Source: Zygnema circumcarinatum SAG 698-1b
Taxonomy: Eukaryota > Plantae > Zygnematophyceae
Assembly: GCA_037447605.1 (NCBI GenBank)
Contig: CM074813.1
Span: 3,162,001 to 3,226,000, forward strand
Length of the DNA: 64,000 nucleotides
Direction: 5' to 3'
The notes under the pieces are model-generated. The model was not told the origin of the DNA and did not search any database. It was given only the letters and a program-made list of their open reading frames with translations. Positions within the stretch are counted from its first letter, which is position 1. Each line of letters opens with the position of its first letter. A program made the translations under genes and the position numbers. Of this stretch, positions 12,645 to 24,700 are shown piece by piece.

Positions 12645-13966
12645 TTACAAGGGCAAGTCCAGGCCCTTACCGACATCAAATCCAAGCGCTTCCAGAAGTC
12701 CCTTGTTTATAATCTGAATTCAACCAGCGAACCATTGGCCCCACCTCAAAGATATAAAACGGACTGCAGTAACAAACCGTCCTTCGAGTTATTCGATCAA
12801 AGAAGGCACAAATGCTCCGGAAAACGATGAACTGAACGCGAAGAAAGCCTGAGGAGCACTCACAGCTTCGAGGCCTATCAGAGCAAACAGACCGATCATG
12901 GACGCCCGCGAATTCCACACCTCCGCATTCGTCGTGAAGCCCAAGAAGGGGCTTGGGAGTTTGGGCTCCTCTTTAGGGCTTACTACCTGCCCACACAGCT
13001 CCATACTGACCGTTATCCTCGTCCTCTTTCTTGCTTTCTGTATTATTTAAAAAAACAATTAATCTAGGCTACAAAATACGATAACCACAAGCGACGTCAC
13101 ATCAATAATCTCTCAATAGGTTGCAAGGTTATTGGGTTACCAGTAAACATCCTCTGGCTCTGTCCTCTGGGGTCTTCATTCAACAAAGCGGAAACTATTC
13201 GCTTTGATTTCCCTATGTTCTCACGGGGAAGAAAGGACAGTATTACTACTCCGCTGAATGCTCATAATGTCATGATGAACATACTCACGTCTGATGGTAA
13301 CTGCGCTGCTTGAATTAGCACAGCAGCCCTACCGCGTGCCGTCAAACTCTGCTTGTATCTGAAAGTGAACATAGGGCAAGAAAAGGACGTCCGTGAGTAA
13401 CAGCCACATTTTGCAAGACACTTCCTTTCCCCTCCGCTCTCAATCCGAACATGCTGCACGGGTGACGTCTCTCCTCTTCCACAATTTCGTCGCCAAAGCT
13501 CCTATGCCGCTCTGTCACGCTCACATCTTCCTTCGTTATCCGTCCCTATCGCCCTCCCTCCAAACCTGCCTCACTATCTGTCTGTGTATTCTCAAATTCT
13601 ACGCCTCTCCCTCTCCCTTCTTCCCTTTTCACTCTCTCTCTTCCCTCCTCCCCTTCTCTCCCTCCCTTTCCCCCTCCCTTTCTCCCTCTCTATCCACCAT
13701 CGCTTCCTTTCTTCCTTTCTCCTCTCCATTTGACTCCCTCTCTCCTTCCTCCCAAACACGCACGCTCTTTCTGCTGTGTGTCAAAATCAGATGGGCCATC
13801 GCTCTCACGTCCGCTATCTACTCTCACTAACGCTTCTCTCTCGGCTTCCCACCCTCATTCCCTCGCCCCTCCAGTCGTACCTTCGGCAAGCAAAGAGAGG
13901 CGAAGGCGCCACGAAGGAGGAGGACGACGCGGCGGCGCGCAGCCCCGCGCAGGAAGTTGCAGCCAT
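12645..13966 (-). CDS. OHP1: One-helix protein 1 (LHC-like HLIP), 4 exons
   Basis: Spliced translation MAATSCAG...AAQLPSD|VVSPKEEPKLPSPFLGFTTNAEVWNSRASMIGLFALIGLEA|IINKGLLEALGFDVGKGLDLPL*, typical of OHP1. Confidence 0.94.
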
Positions 13967-14436
13967 AGCCGGACCTGCCATCAGAGCGCTCACACCCACC
14001 ATTGAGCGGACTTCTTCTCTTCTCTCCCACTCTCCTCCTCTCCTCTCTTCTCCTCTCCACTCCTCTCCACTCCTCTCCTCTTCTCTCTCCTCCCCTCTTC
14101 TCCCCTCCTCTCCCCTCCTCTCCTCTCCTCTCCCCTCTCCTCCCTCTCCACTGCGCGGCGACCTCCGGCCGTTCTCGCCCCCCCTTGGCGGTGTCCGCCG
14201 GACAGGCTCACGGCGCGCCACGTGGCTCCTTTCTGGATGCCCACACGCGACGGGTTTCATGCGCAAACTGCGAGGTGTCCGTTCTTTGCGCACAGCCGTT
14301 CAGTGACGTCATTCACACAGCGCACGGGCAGTCCGCAGGGACCACACGGAGAGGGCGGAGGGCCGCGGGCTGCTCACTGTAGAGACGCGGCGAGGCCTTC
14401 CTGCCTCCGCTACGGGCGGGCCGGGGGCGAGGAGCC

Positions 14437-16063
14437 ATGGCAGAGATGGAAATGGCCATTAGGTTTCACCCCAGGTACTCGAACTCACTCAGAATGAAGC
14501 TTACCACTGCAGGATTTGAATGGCGTTCACCATAGGTCGCTCTTGTTACGCTAGAGGCTTCCGGCCTGTTTTTTTTTTTTCTTTTTTTAGCCAAATTTAT
14601 ACTTTTCCATCCAAAAAAAAATGTGAAGGAATGTATATTGAAAGTTTGATTCTATTGAGGTTTGTAACAATTGATGTCTGCAAGGATCCTTCCTAAATGT
14701 CGCAAGGATTGAACCTCACACGTTTCGTCCTGCTGTGGGCCAAAAAAGGATGGAGTATGTTACACTGGTTTCTCAAACCTTGTCAGTTCCAATATCGAAC
14801 TTGTTTTGGAATCCTGTTTACATATTTGTAAAACTGAACGCCTCCCTAGACCTTTCAGAGTGCCTCCTTGTTCGCCAATTTCGGTTCCTCTTGCTTTTGA
14901 ACCCTTCATTGACTGCAGTATTCTGATTTTTATTGTGGGCGAACCTTCAAAACATCTTGTAGCGGGGAGTGCCGGATTGTGCGAACTCCAATCAACCCGC
15001 AAGACACAGTTGGAGATATTATAAAAAGCGTGCTTGCTAAAGAAGGCGTCCAGCCGGTTCCAGGGTGCGACGTGAATCTTCAATATTCGAGTCAACAGGT
15101 CAGGCAGCGTGTTTACTGTTCTTCTTTTTTCAATTCATGAAGCATCTCTCTCAAGTTTCGTTGATGAATGAAGCGATGTCATCTGAAAAGCCATCCTGTT
15201 AGTTGTCTGTGTCGACCTGCAGCAGCCCAATGTACAAACTGCGAAGGAATGCGATCTTCGTACAGCAACAGGTGAAGAGAGGTAATGCGTTATCAATATG
15301 GGATGAGAAGGCATCCGAGCTATTTGAAACTTTGAGCTGCAGCTACAAACTTATGAGAAGAACTTCGCATTCTAGTGGTTTTCATGGTGAGAATGGGTTC
15401 CACTACTAGTACGCAGGATATTGGAAAGCATCTTCAGCCTTTGGAAAGCAATGGCCTTGTTGCATGAGGACAGCTTTGAAGGCATTCATCTGTTGCTTAA
15501 ATCTTTGAACTTGGTGGGAAAGCAGTTGGGCTGGCGACTTGATCTATCCAAATGGGTGGCATCTTACTGGTTCCCGTAAAGCGACGCGGAAGGTGAGTGA
15601 GGCATTCACCAATTTTGACTGTTGACCGGGGAGAATCCGATCCCTGCGTGAAAGTTGGCCTCCCCCAGTCATCACGGCATGTGCAGTCTTGATGCGTGGC
15701 GGTGCCAGTAAAGCAGGCGCAGGTCCAGTTGCTGCAGTTTTTTGGAGAAGTCTCTCACATTTATATCCACAGTCAATTACTCACTGAATCATAGAGAGCA
15801 ATGGGTTAAAGTTGACCAAGGTTTGCCTTTGCTGTAGCTCCTGCATATTACACTGTTGGATTTTGCTCCTTTCTGTTCATAACCATTAGCTTTGGAGCTT
15901 TCCAACTTGGATGCAGGTCCAGGATGCATATTGGGCTCCAGTGAGGCCCTATACCAAGAATGGGTTTCCGACTTCCTATTCGCCATTCCCTACAATGTTG
16001 ATGAAGGCGTTACCGACCTTCGCCTTGGCCTTTCTTATCATCATAGCGAACCGTTTTCTTTGA
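14437..16063 (+). CDS. Small spliced gene encoding a divergent ubiquitin-like domain; exons 14437-14474, 14963-15098, about 15223-15271/15281; 3' exons and end uncertain
   Basis: ATG in GCCATGG context and phase-compatible GT-AG junctions give MAEMEMAIRFHPSGECRIVRTPINPQDTVGDIIKSVLAKEGVQPVPGCDVNLQYSSQQ(Q)PNVQTAKECDLRTAT; INPQDTVGDIIKSVLAKEGVQP aligns with ubiquitin [22 protein letters not shown]. Confidence 0.6.
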
Positions 16064-16535
16064 AACAAGGCACATGCTACTGTTTCTTTTCTTGATTGGT
16101 TTTAACGCCTAAACTATCAGTAAAGTCAACGTCTTTGTATGAAGTGAATGTGAAGTGGCACTCCTTCGCGCCTCCTCCAATACAGCCCAGCATGGCCAAA
16201 CAAGCAAAACAACGAGGACGAGACAGCGCGCGCGCACTTCATGGCGCGTGTTGTGACGTGACATATTGTGACATATTATGACGTAACGCGGTGTAGCGTC
16301 ACGGACTAGTAAAGATGTGTAAAATGGGATGGCGAAATTTCCAAAAAAGGGGGGGGGGTATCCAAATGGGGCGGTGGGGTATCATTCTCTAAATAAAAAG
16401 GTCGCGCGTGCGGCCATCCCTATTACCGTACCGTGACGCGATATGACGTGACGTGACGCCCCGCGCTCCTCCGAGGTCCGACGAGCGCCGGCTGCGTGAC
16501 CCTCTCGCGAGAAGAGAGAGCTCCGCGCCGCGGCC

Positions 16536-18242
16536 ATGGCCACGGCCATGGTGGCCGATGAGGCGGGGGCGCGGGAACTGGAGGGGCGCGTGGCCTTGGT
16601 CACCGGCGGGTCGCGCGGCATTGGGCGCGAGATAGCCCTCCTCCTTGCGGCGCGGGGCGCGCGCGTGGCGTTCTGCTTCCGCACGCGCCGCGAGGAGGCT
16701 GAAGCCACGCTCTCATTGTGCGTTCAGCCTGCCGATCGGGGCTGCACCTGGTTGAACTGGAGTTAAGCCTGACGTAAAATTGAATCAACCTTTGTCTCTG
16801 CAGGATTTGGGACATGAGCTTACAGAAAGGCACTTGTAAGCTTTACTTGTAATGGATTGGTTACACTCGCCAAAAGCTGTATAAAAACAGCAAACACGAA
16901 TCAAATACACGCTATTGATATTCTACAAAATTCAGACATCTACGTAGAAATTCGTACGCTTTATTACGCTCACATCAAGCGTGTCGCGTGATTATATTTA
17001 GCTTGTTTTTTTTTCAGTTGTATGTTCTCCCTGTCGTTGGAGCTATGTAGTTGAATGGACGACGTTGACTGCGGTGTAGAATGGGCGCGGGGAGGGGCCT
17101 GGCTGTGCAAGCGGACGTCGGCAACGCTGATGATGTAAAGAGGCTGTTCGCAACGACTTTGGAACACTTTCAGCGCCTTGACATTCTTGTAAACAACGCG
17201 GGATACGGGCCCCCGCTAGCGAAAATAATGGACGTCAGTGACGAGGATCTTGACAAAACCATCAATGTCAACATCCGAGGTCTGGGATTCCGTTTTTCAC
17301 TTTCTCACTTCCTTTCTTGCTTCTGCCCTACAATTTGCTCGCCCAGACTCTCCTTCTCTTTCCATTTCTCGTCTAATTATGCTGTTCTACTCTTCCCGTT
17401 TTCTCCTCCCTGTATCATTTTCTTGCTTTTCCTTCCTCTCATGCACTCGACTATTTTCTTTCCTCGGTATTTTTCTTTTCATTCTCTCGCTTGTCCTCGT
17501 TCAGCCTTCCATTGGCCCAACTCTACGTCTCGCCCCTTCTCCTTTCCCATTTCGCCTAGTTCGTTCGTCAGGAGCAAGTGGCAAATGTTTGGTCCTTGTG
17601 AAAAAAAATCAGATCGAATGTCAAATCCTTGCAGAAAGTGCTTTCATATCAACGCCAAATCCTTCTCCTTGCATTCTCGTTAGAGAATAACGAGAATGCA
17701 AGGAGCACTGAGTACTGAGTGGGTGCATGCTGGCGGAGAAATCAGGTGCATTCTTATGCTTGAGGGAGGCAGGCAAGTGCATGGCCGATGGGGGTCGGAT
17801 TATCAACATAAGCAGCAGTCTTGTGGCTTACACATTCAGTGGATCCGGAACGGCGATCTATGCGGGATCCAAGGCAGCGCTGGAAGCATTCACCAAGGTG
17901 AAGATGGCCTCTCATTTGTAGTGAGGGACACGCATTGGTGGCAGCAAAGCAAACGATGAACTATTGCCAAAACACCTTTTGGTTGCTGCGATGCAGTGCA
18001 TGGCTATGGAGCTGAAAGGCCGCAGAATCACGGTGAATGCGGTGGCACCTGGTCCTGTAGAGACGGAGCTCTTCTTCACAGGCAAGACAGAGGCATACAT
18101 CGAAAAGCTCAAAGAGATGAATCCTCTGCAAAGATTAGGGAAACCGTCAGACATAGCGCCGCTTGTCGGGTTCCTTTGCAGCAAAGAAGGGGAGTGGGTC
18201 AATGCGCAAGTCATTCGCGCCAATGGCGGCTACATCAGCTAA
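16536..18242 (+). CDS. Classical short-chain dehydrogenase/reductase (NADPH-dependent aldehyde/3-oxoacyl reductase-like), 4 exons
   Basis: VALVTGGSRGIG, LDILVNNAG, GRIINISS, YAGSK (YxxxK), ITVNAVAPGPVETELFF, WVNAQVIRANGG*. Confidence 0.93.
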
Positions 18243-18734
18243 GCGGCGGGAGTACATTCTGCTTCAGACAGGGAGCGGGGCGGAGCGGACGCAAGGGGTC
18301 GGCTGGACCGCAAGAACGTGGCGGCGGCGCATTTGGCTCGCGTGTGCTCTCAACTATACTGCGCGTTTCGAGCTTTACAAAGTTTTGTGCTTCTCCGACT
18401 CTGTTTTGCGCAGCGTGCCCGACGAGTGGTGCTGCTTGTATGCTCCGTCAGTGCCGTGAAAAGTAGAGGACAAATAATCGTCACATAGCTTTGTGCAGCC
18501 ACATGAACAGTGCGCACCCCCCAGCAAGGGGGGGGGGGGGGGGNNNNNNNNNNGGGGGGGGGGGGGGGGGAATAGGCAGATCAACTGGAAAGAATCTATT
18601 TCAACTTGATCAAACTTGAAGGTAAACATATCCCAAGATCCATTGACACCGTGCCTCTCGTTCCGTGGGCAACTGCAAGCTTCCGAAGCAAATCCAGCGA
18701 GTGCACAGTAGGAGCGAGCTCGTGCTCAGCGCCA

Positions 18735-21700
18735 CTACTCCTCCGTCCTCGCCTTCTTTCCGCCCCTCCGCCCTCGCTCTCCTACTCCCTTCCTCTTCGC
18801 TTCCTCTCGGTAGCGATCTCTGGTCTCCTCTCGCCGCCGCAGGCGAGACGTCTCCTCGTCCGCAGCCTTGACCTTGAGATATGCCGCGTGCTTTTTCGCA
18901 TTCGCTTCCTTCCGCTTCTTTGCCTGCACCCCAACACAACGCCCTTACTCTGTGAGCAGCCTCACAAGCATATACGCTTGCCCTTTGTTAAGTTACATTC
19001 GATAACTGCAATCTTGCAACCCATACAGCCTGACGATCTCACCTTTTCGTTGCGAATGGTGTTGAGCTGCTGCACCAGCGTTTGCAGCTTTCTCTCTGAA
19101 GGCTCGAGGACCACCGCCCTCTTCTGCTCCAGGGGGGTGCGCCTGCGCTTCACTTCGACCTTTGGCTTCGTCTTGAAGGGCAGCGCTGCTTGGAGCGATT
19201 TTGGGATCTTCAGAGGATTGAAGGCACGCGGCCGCCTTTCTATGGGCTGCCCTCCAAACCAGACATGAAGCACGAAGTTAATCACTGCCAAAAAAGAAAG
19301 GATACCAACTGCCCCATTTGCAACGGAATACAACGGCAGAGCATTACAAAGGAAGGCATGGCACTTATCTGTGCACACATGAGGGGGAAAACGATAACAA
19401 AAGGCCGGAGGGAGAAGAAAAGGGACGTGGACAGCAAACGAGAAGAGGGGAACACAGGTACACGAAGGGAAGGAGAGCTAGAAGGGATGAGGGAAATGAC
19501 AGGAGAGCAGTGAAGTCGGAGGTGGATGAAAGAGGTTGGCGGGAGGAAAGCAGAAGTTCTTTCTCGCAGCTCAGCTTTGACTGCACACCTTGTAAAGCGA
19601 GTCTTTGTTTACAGGAATGGGCAGACCCATTTCTTTGCGCAGCTGTCCGACTGTCCGCATGCCCTGCCAGGTGGCGCCTTTTGGTTGGAGCAGAGAGGTG
19701 ACCGGGTTAAAAAATTTCGGCACAGGCATCTTGACCCAGGCTCTTAAGAAAACGATGTCGCTCATCAAAATTTTATCTTCAAACGTGCACCGACAGCTGC
19801 CTTCCTTCCCCTGTCCAGCCTTGACGGCCTGCCCAAAGCTAGCAAGAAGAATAGTCAGAAAGAGCTCTGATGCCAAAGGCACTCGCCTTCAACACAAGAC
19901 CTCGCACACACCAAGAAAAGAGAGAGCAGCGAGTCAACGAACTTCGAGAAAAGTAACCAAACAAGGAGAGAACTATGCTGTAGAAATTTCATGACAAACC
20001 TTTTTTATCTGCCCACGAACTCCTGACACTGTTCGCACAGCCGCACCCTCAAACCGAGCAACTTCCAACGCAGTTGTGAACATGTCCTTTATGAAAGCTG
20101 TATTTCGGAAAATTTTGTATGGATGCCCAACAAGCTTAAGTTTTTTCATCACAGGCAGCGCCTGTTGGATCTCCAGCACGACTCCGGTTGCATTGATACG
20201 GAACGAAGCCTGCAACATGCAAGTGCAAAGTTTTGGAAAGTGGAACAGAGAAGAATGGACAAGCAAGCTCTGAATGTTGGAGATAGCTGAAGCATTGCAT
20301 AAGGAACAGGAAAGCAAATTTGTAAATTTTCAGCCGCCGCTACTCCCGGCCGCTACCAGTGGGGGAAGGGAAGGAGAGAAACAGTGGGGAGGGGGGGGGG
20401 GGGAGGGGAAGAAGAGAGGGGAAGGAGGAAAGAGTGGGGGAGAGAGAGACAGGAAGGGACGACGAGAGGGAGGGGAGATGGAGAGAGTGCGCCACCCTCT
20501 CAGCCCTTCTCGTCCTCTATCAATCTCTCAATATCGTTCTCCCCTTCCCTGCCTTTCCTCTCTCTCTCCCAGCTCCTCCCTCTCCCTCCCTCAAATGTCT
20601 TCTAACCAATGGGTAGCAGTACCCTCTTATCATGAAAACAAAAACTTGGGTGTGTCTTTATTATGAAGATAACTTTCAGTGTCCAATTGCGAGATCTGGA
20701 CGGTTTTAAGATACTACACACCAGCGTCTTTAGATCTTTAAGTTTCTAGCGGTTCGCACATTACTTCCATCACTTAAGTTGGGGCATTTTGAAAGACCAT
20801 CACGTTTACGTGTGTACTTCAAAGTTTTAACTTTTGCAAGGGTCTAGAGCCATTTCACATATTTTCGGTTCTTAACTTGAACGGTCATAAATCCTCACAG
20901 GTTCAAGAGTTTACTCCCCACACTCCCTCCCTCCCTCCCCCCCGCCCCTTCCCACCCACCTGCGTGCCCCCGAGCGTGGAGAAGGCCACCAGGCCGGCGT
21001 GCGGGGGCGCGAGCGGGCCCCAAAGCGTGGCGAGGCAGTGCGCGTGCTCGGGCGTGTACTTGAGCGCGCGCAGGCGCGCCCCCCCGCGGTCCTCCAGCGC
21101 GAACACGGGGAGGGTCTGGAAGCGGCGCCATCCCACGGACACAAGCAGCGGGTCGCGGCTCTTCAGCACGCGGCGGTGCCACCGGTGCTTCTTCAGCCGC
21201 ACCTGCCCCCCCCCCACCCCAACTTTGGGCCGTTTAAGGCTGCTTGCAGGGTTCCTGAGTTCTAAGTTGCAAAGCTTTAGGGTTCTTGGATTTTCAGGAC
21301 TCGGATTTTGTTGGGTTGCGCGTTTTTTGGGTTTGTATGAATCCATATCCAACTTCTGCTTCATGTAAGCGGCTCTCTTAACCCTCAACAAGTTCTGTCT
21401 AGTGTTCTTTTGTATGCCACCTCACATTTACAAGAGAGAGAGAATCGAGATAGGGATTAAACAGGATATCGTAAATGAATTTGCGATACATGAATCCTCC
21501 AGTTTGATTTGCACATCCTCTATCAACCATACAAGGTAATATTCTATTGGGTTGCCTGCCCAAAACTCTGCTTGAAGATCGACCCAACAGCCACAGTGTG
21601 ATGTGATAAACCCGCAGTCCAGATTCTCAACACCGCCCACCTGCATGTAGCCCACCCCCTCCTCCGCGGCTCCCAGGCCCCCCACCAGCAGCGGCAGCCG

Positions 21701-24700
21701 CGGGTCAAAGTTCAGCACAAGCTCTGCGGGCACGCCTCGAAACTCCATCCGCAAGTATGTGCCTGCCCTGAACCCCTCCATCGCCACCCTTTGCTGTGCA
21801 TCGAGCTGCTCGAGCTCTGCTCTGCTCCGCTGCCGACGCATCTCTAACTCCTCCTTCAGCTGAAACCACCCATCAATGCAAATTCAATCACATCATCAAA
21901 CGAATCGCGGTCGTCAATATTANNNNNNNNNNCTTCGAGAAAAGTAACCAAACAAGGAGAGAACTATGCTGTAGAAATTTCATGACAAACCTTTTTTATC
22001 TGCCCACGAACTCCTGACACTGTTCGCACAGCCGCACCCTCAAACCGAGCAACTTCCAACGCAGTTGTGAACATGTCCTTTATGAAAGCTGTATTTCGGA
22101 AAATTTTGTATGGATGCCCAACAAGCTTAAGTTTTTTCATCACAGGCAGCGCCTGTTGGATCTCCAGCACGACTCCGGTTGCATTGATACGGAACGAAGC
22201 CTGCAACATGCAAGTGCAAAGTTTTGGAAAGTGGAACAGAGAAGAATGGACAAGCAAGCTCTGAATGTTGGAGATAGCTGAAGCATTGCATAAGGAACAG
22301 GAAAGCAAATTTGTAAATTTTCAGCCGCCGCTACTCCCGGCCGCTACCAGTGGGGGAAGGGAAGGAGAGAAACAGTGGGGAGGGGGGGGGGGGGAGGGGA
22401 AGAAGAGAGGGGAAGGAGGAAAGAGTGGGGGAGAGAGAGACAGGAAGGGACGACGAGAGGGAGGGGAGATGGAGAGAGTGCGCCACCCTCTCAGCCCTTC
22501 TCGTCCTCTATCAATCTCTCAATATCGTTCTCCCCTTCCCTGCCTTTCCTCTCTCTCTCCCAGCTCCTCCCTCTCCCTCCCTCAAATGTCTTCTAACCAA
22601 TGGGTAGCAGTACCCTCTTATCATGAAAACAAAAACTTGGGTGTGTCTTTATTATGAAGATAACTTTCAGTGTCCAATTGCGAGATCTGGACGGTTTTAA
22701 GATACTACACACCAGCGTCTTTAGATCTTTAAGTTTCTAGCGGTTCGCACATTACTTCCATCACTTAAGTTGGGGCATTTTGAAAGACCATCACGTTTAC
22801 GTGTGTACTTCAAAGTTTTAACTTTTGCAAGGGTCTAGAGCCATTTCACATATTTTCGGTTCTTAACTTGAACGGTCATAAATCCTCACAGGTTCAAGAG
22901 TTTACTCCCCACACTCCCTCCCTCCCTCCCCCCCGCCCCTTCCCACCCACCTGCGTGCCCCCGAGCGTGGAGAAGGCCACCAGGCCGGCGTGCGGGGGCG
23001 CGAGCGGGCCCCAAAGCGTGGCGAGGCAGTGCGCGTGCTCGGGCGTGTACTTGAGCGCGCGCAGGCGCGCCCCCCCGCGGTCCTCCAGCGCGAACACGGG
23101 GAGGGTCTGGAAGCGGCGCCATCCCACGGACACAAGCAGCGGGTCGCGGCTCTTCAGCACGCGGCGGTGCCACCGGTGCTTCTTCAGCCGCACCTGCCCC
23201 CCCCCCACCCCAACTTTGGGCCGTTTAAGGCTGCTTGCAGGGTTCCTGAGTTCTAAGTTGCAAAGCTTTAGGGTTCTTGGATTTTCAGGACTCGGATTTT
23301 GTTGGGTTGCGCGTTTTTTGGGTTTGTATGAATCCATATCCAACTTCTGCTTCATGTAAGCGGCTCTCTTAACCCTCAACAAGTTCTGTCTAGTGTTCTT
23401 TTGTATGCCACCTCACATTTACAAGAGAGAGAGAATCGAGATAGGGATTAAACAGGATATCGTAAATGAATTTGCGATACATGAATCCTCCAGTTTGATT
23501 TGCACATCCTCTATCAACCATACAAGGTAATATTCTATTGGGTTGCCTGCCCAAAACTCTGCTTGAAGATCGACCCAACAGCCACAGTGTGATGTGATAA
23601 ACCCGCAGTCCAGATTCTCAACACCGCCCACCTGCATGTAGCCCACCCCCTCCTCCGCGGCTCCCAGGCCCCCCACCAGCAGCGGCAGCCGCGGGTCAAA
23701 GTTCAGCACAAGCTCTGCGGGCACGCCTCGAAACTCCATCCGCAAGTATGTGCCTGCCCTGAACCCCTCCATCGCCACCCTTTGCTGTGCATCGAGCTGC
23801 TCGAGCTCTGCTCTGCTCCGCTGCCGACGCATCTCTAACTCCTCCTTCAGCTGAAACCACCCATCAATGCAAATTCAATCACATCATCAAACGAATCGCG
23901 GTCGTCAATATTAGCGACAAGAAACCAGGTTAGATAGCGAGAACAAAGAACCAGCTAAATGAATAGCAAAATTCTTGAATAACTTCTTAGAAACAAGCAA
24001 AGCCTTTCATTTGTCCACCCTACCTTTTCATAATAGTCTTTTTCGCCATCTCCTTTAACTCCAGGATGTCGAGGTCCCTTCTCAGCTCTTCTCCCCACTT
24101 CATCCTCCTCCTCTGGATCGACTTCTCCATTCAGCGTGCTCTAAAGTTAAGGACAGACAATGCATTTGATAAAATTTGGAAATATGAAAGGTTATCATTG
24201 AACGACCCATTATCAATATCCCTTCTCTGGATCAGATTTATCTTCATGAGAACATGGAACATTCAAGAAAACAGGCAACTGCTTTTCAAGACGTCCTATT
24301 CTTCATATTTGCTCACAACCCATACATTGCTTTCCTCGTATTACACATTCTAGAGAAGGATATTGGGCATCGAACTTTGCTCTCAACGCGAGTTTCTTTA
24401 GCCGCCTCTCCTCGGCTTCAGCTGCTTCATCCTGTCCTCCCTCCCCCGCTGCTTCCTGGTCCCCTCCAAACTTTTCTCCTGTTTCCAGATCTTCGAAGTC
24501 TCCAAAGACATCCCCTTCATTAACTTCCTCACTCCCTCTATGCCTCTGTGCTGCCTTGTCCCAGTCACCTGTCACAAATCGATCACGGATGGCTGAGATC
24601 AACTCCGGCTGTGTCCAATCAATCAGCACCGCCGGATCAATCTGCATCCGGGAGTACTCTTCCGCGTCCACGTCTTCAAAATTAGCCGCCCCGGAAGTGC

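Noticed and set aside
14760-15095. Minus-strand ORF with LQSMKGSKARG resembling a LINE RT start
   Set aside because: It overlaps antisense the better-supported UBL exon 2, and no further RT motifs follow
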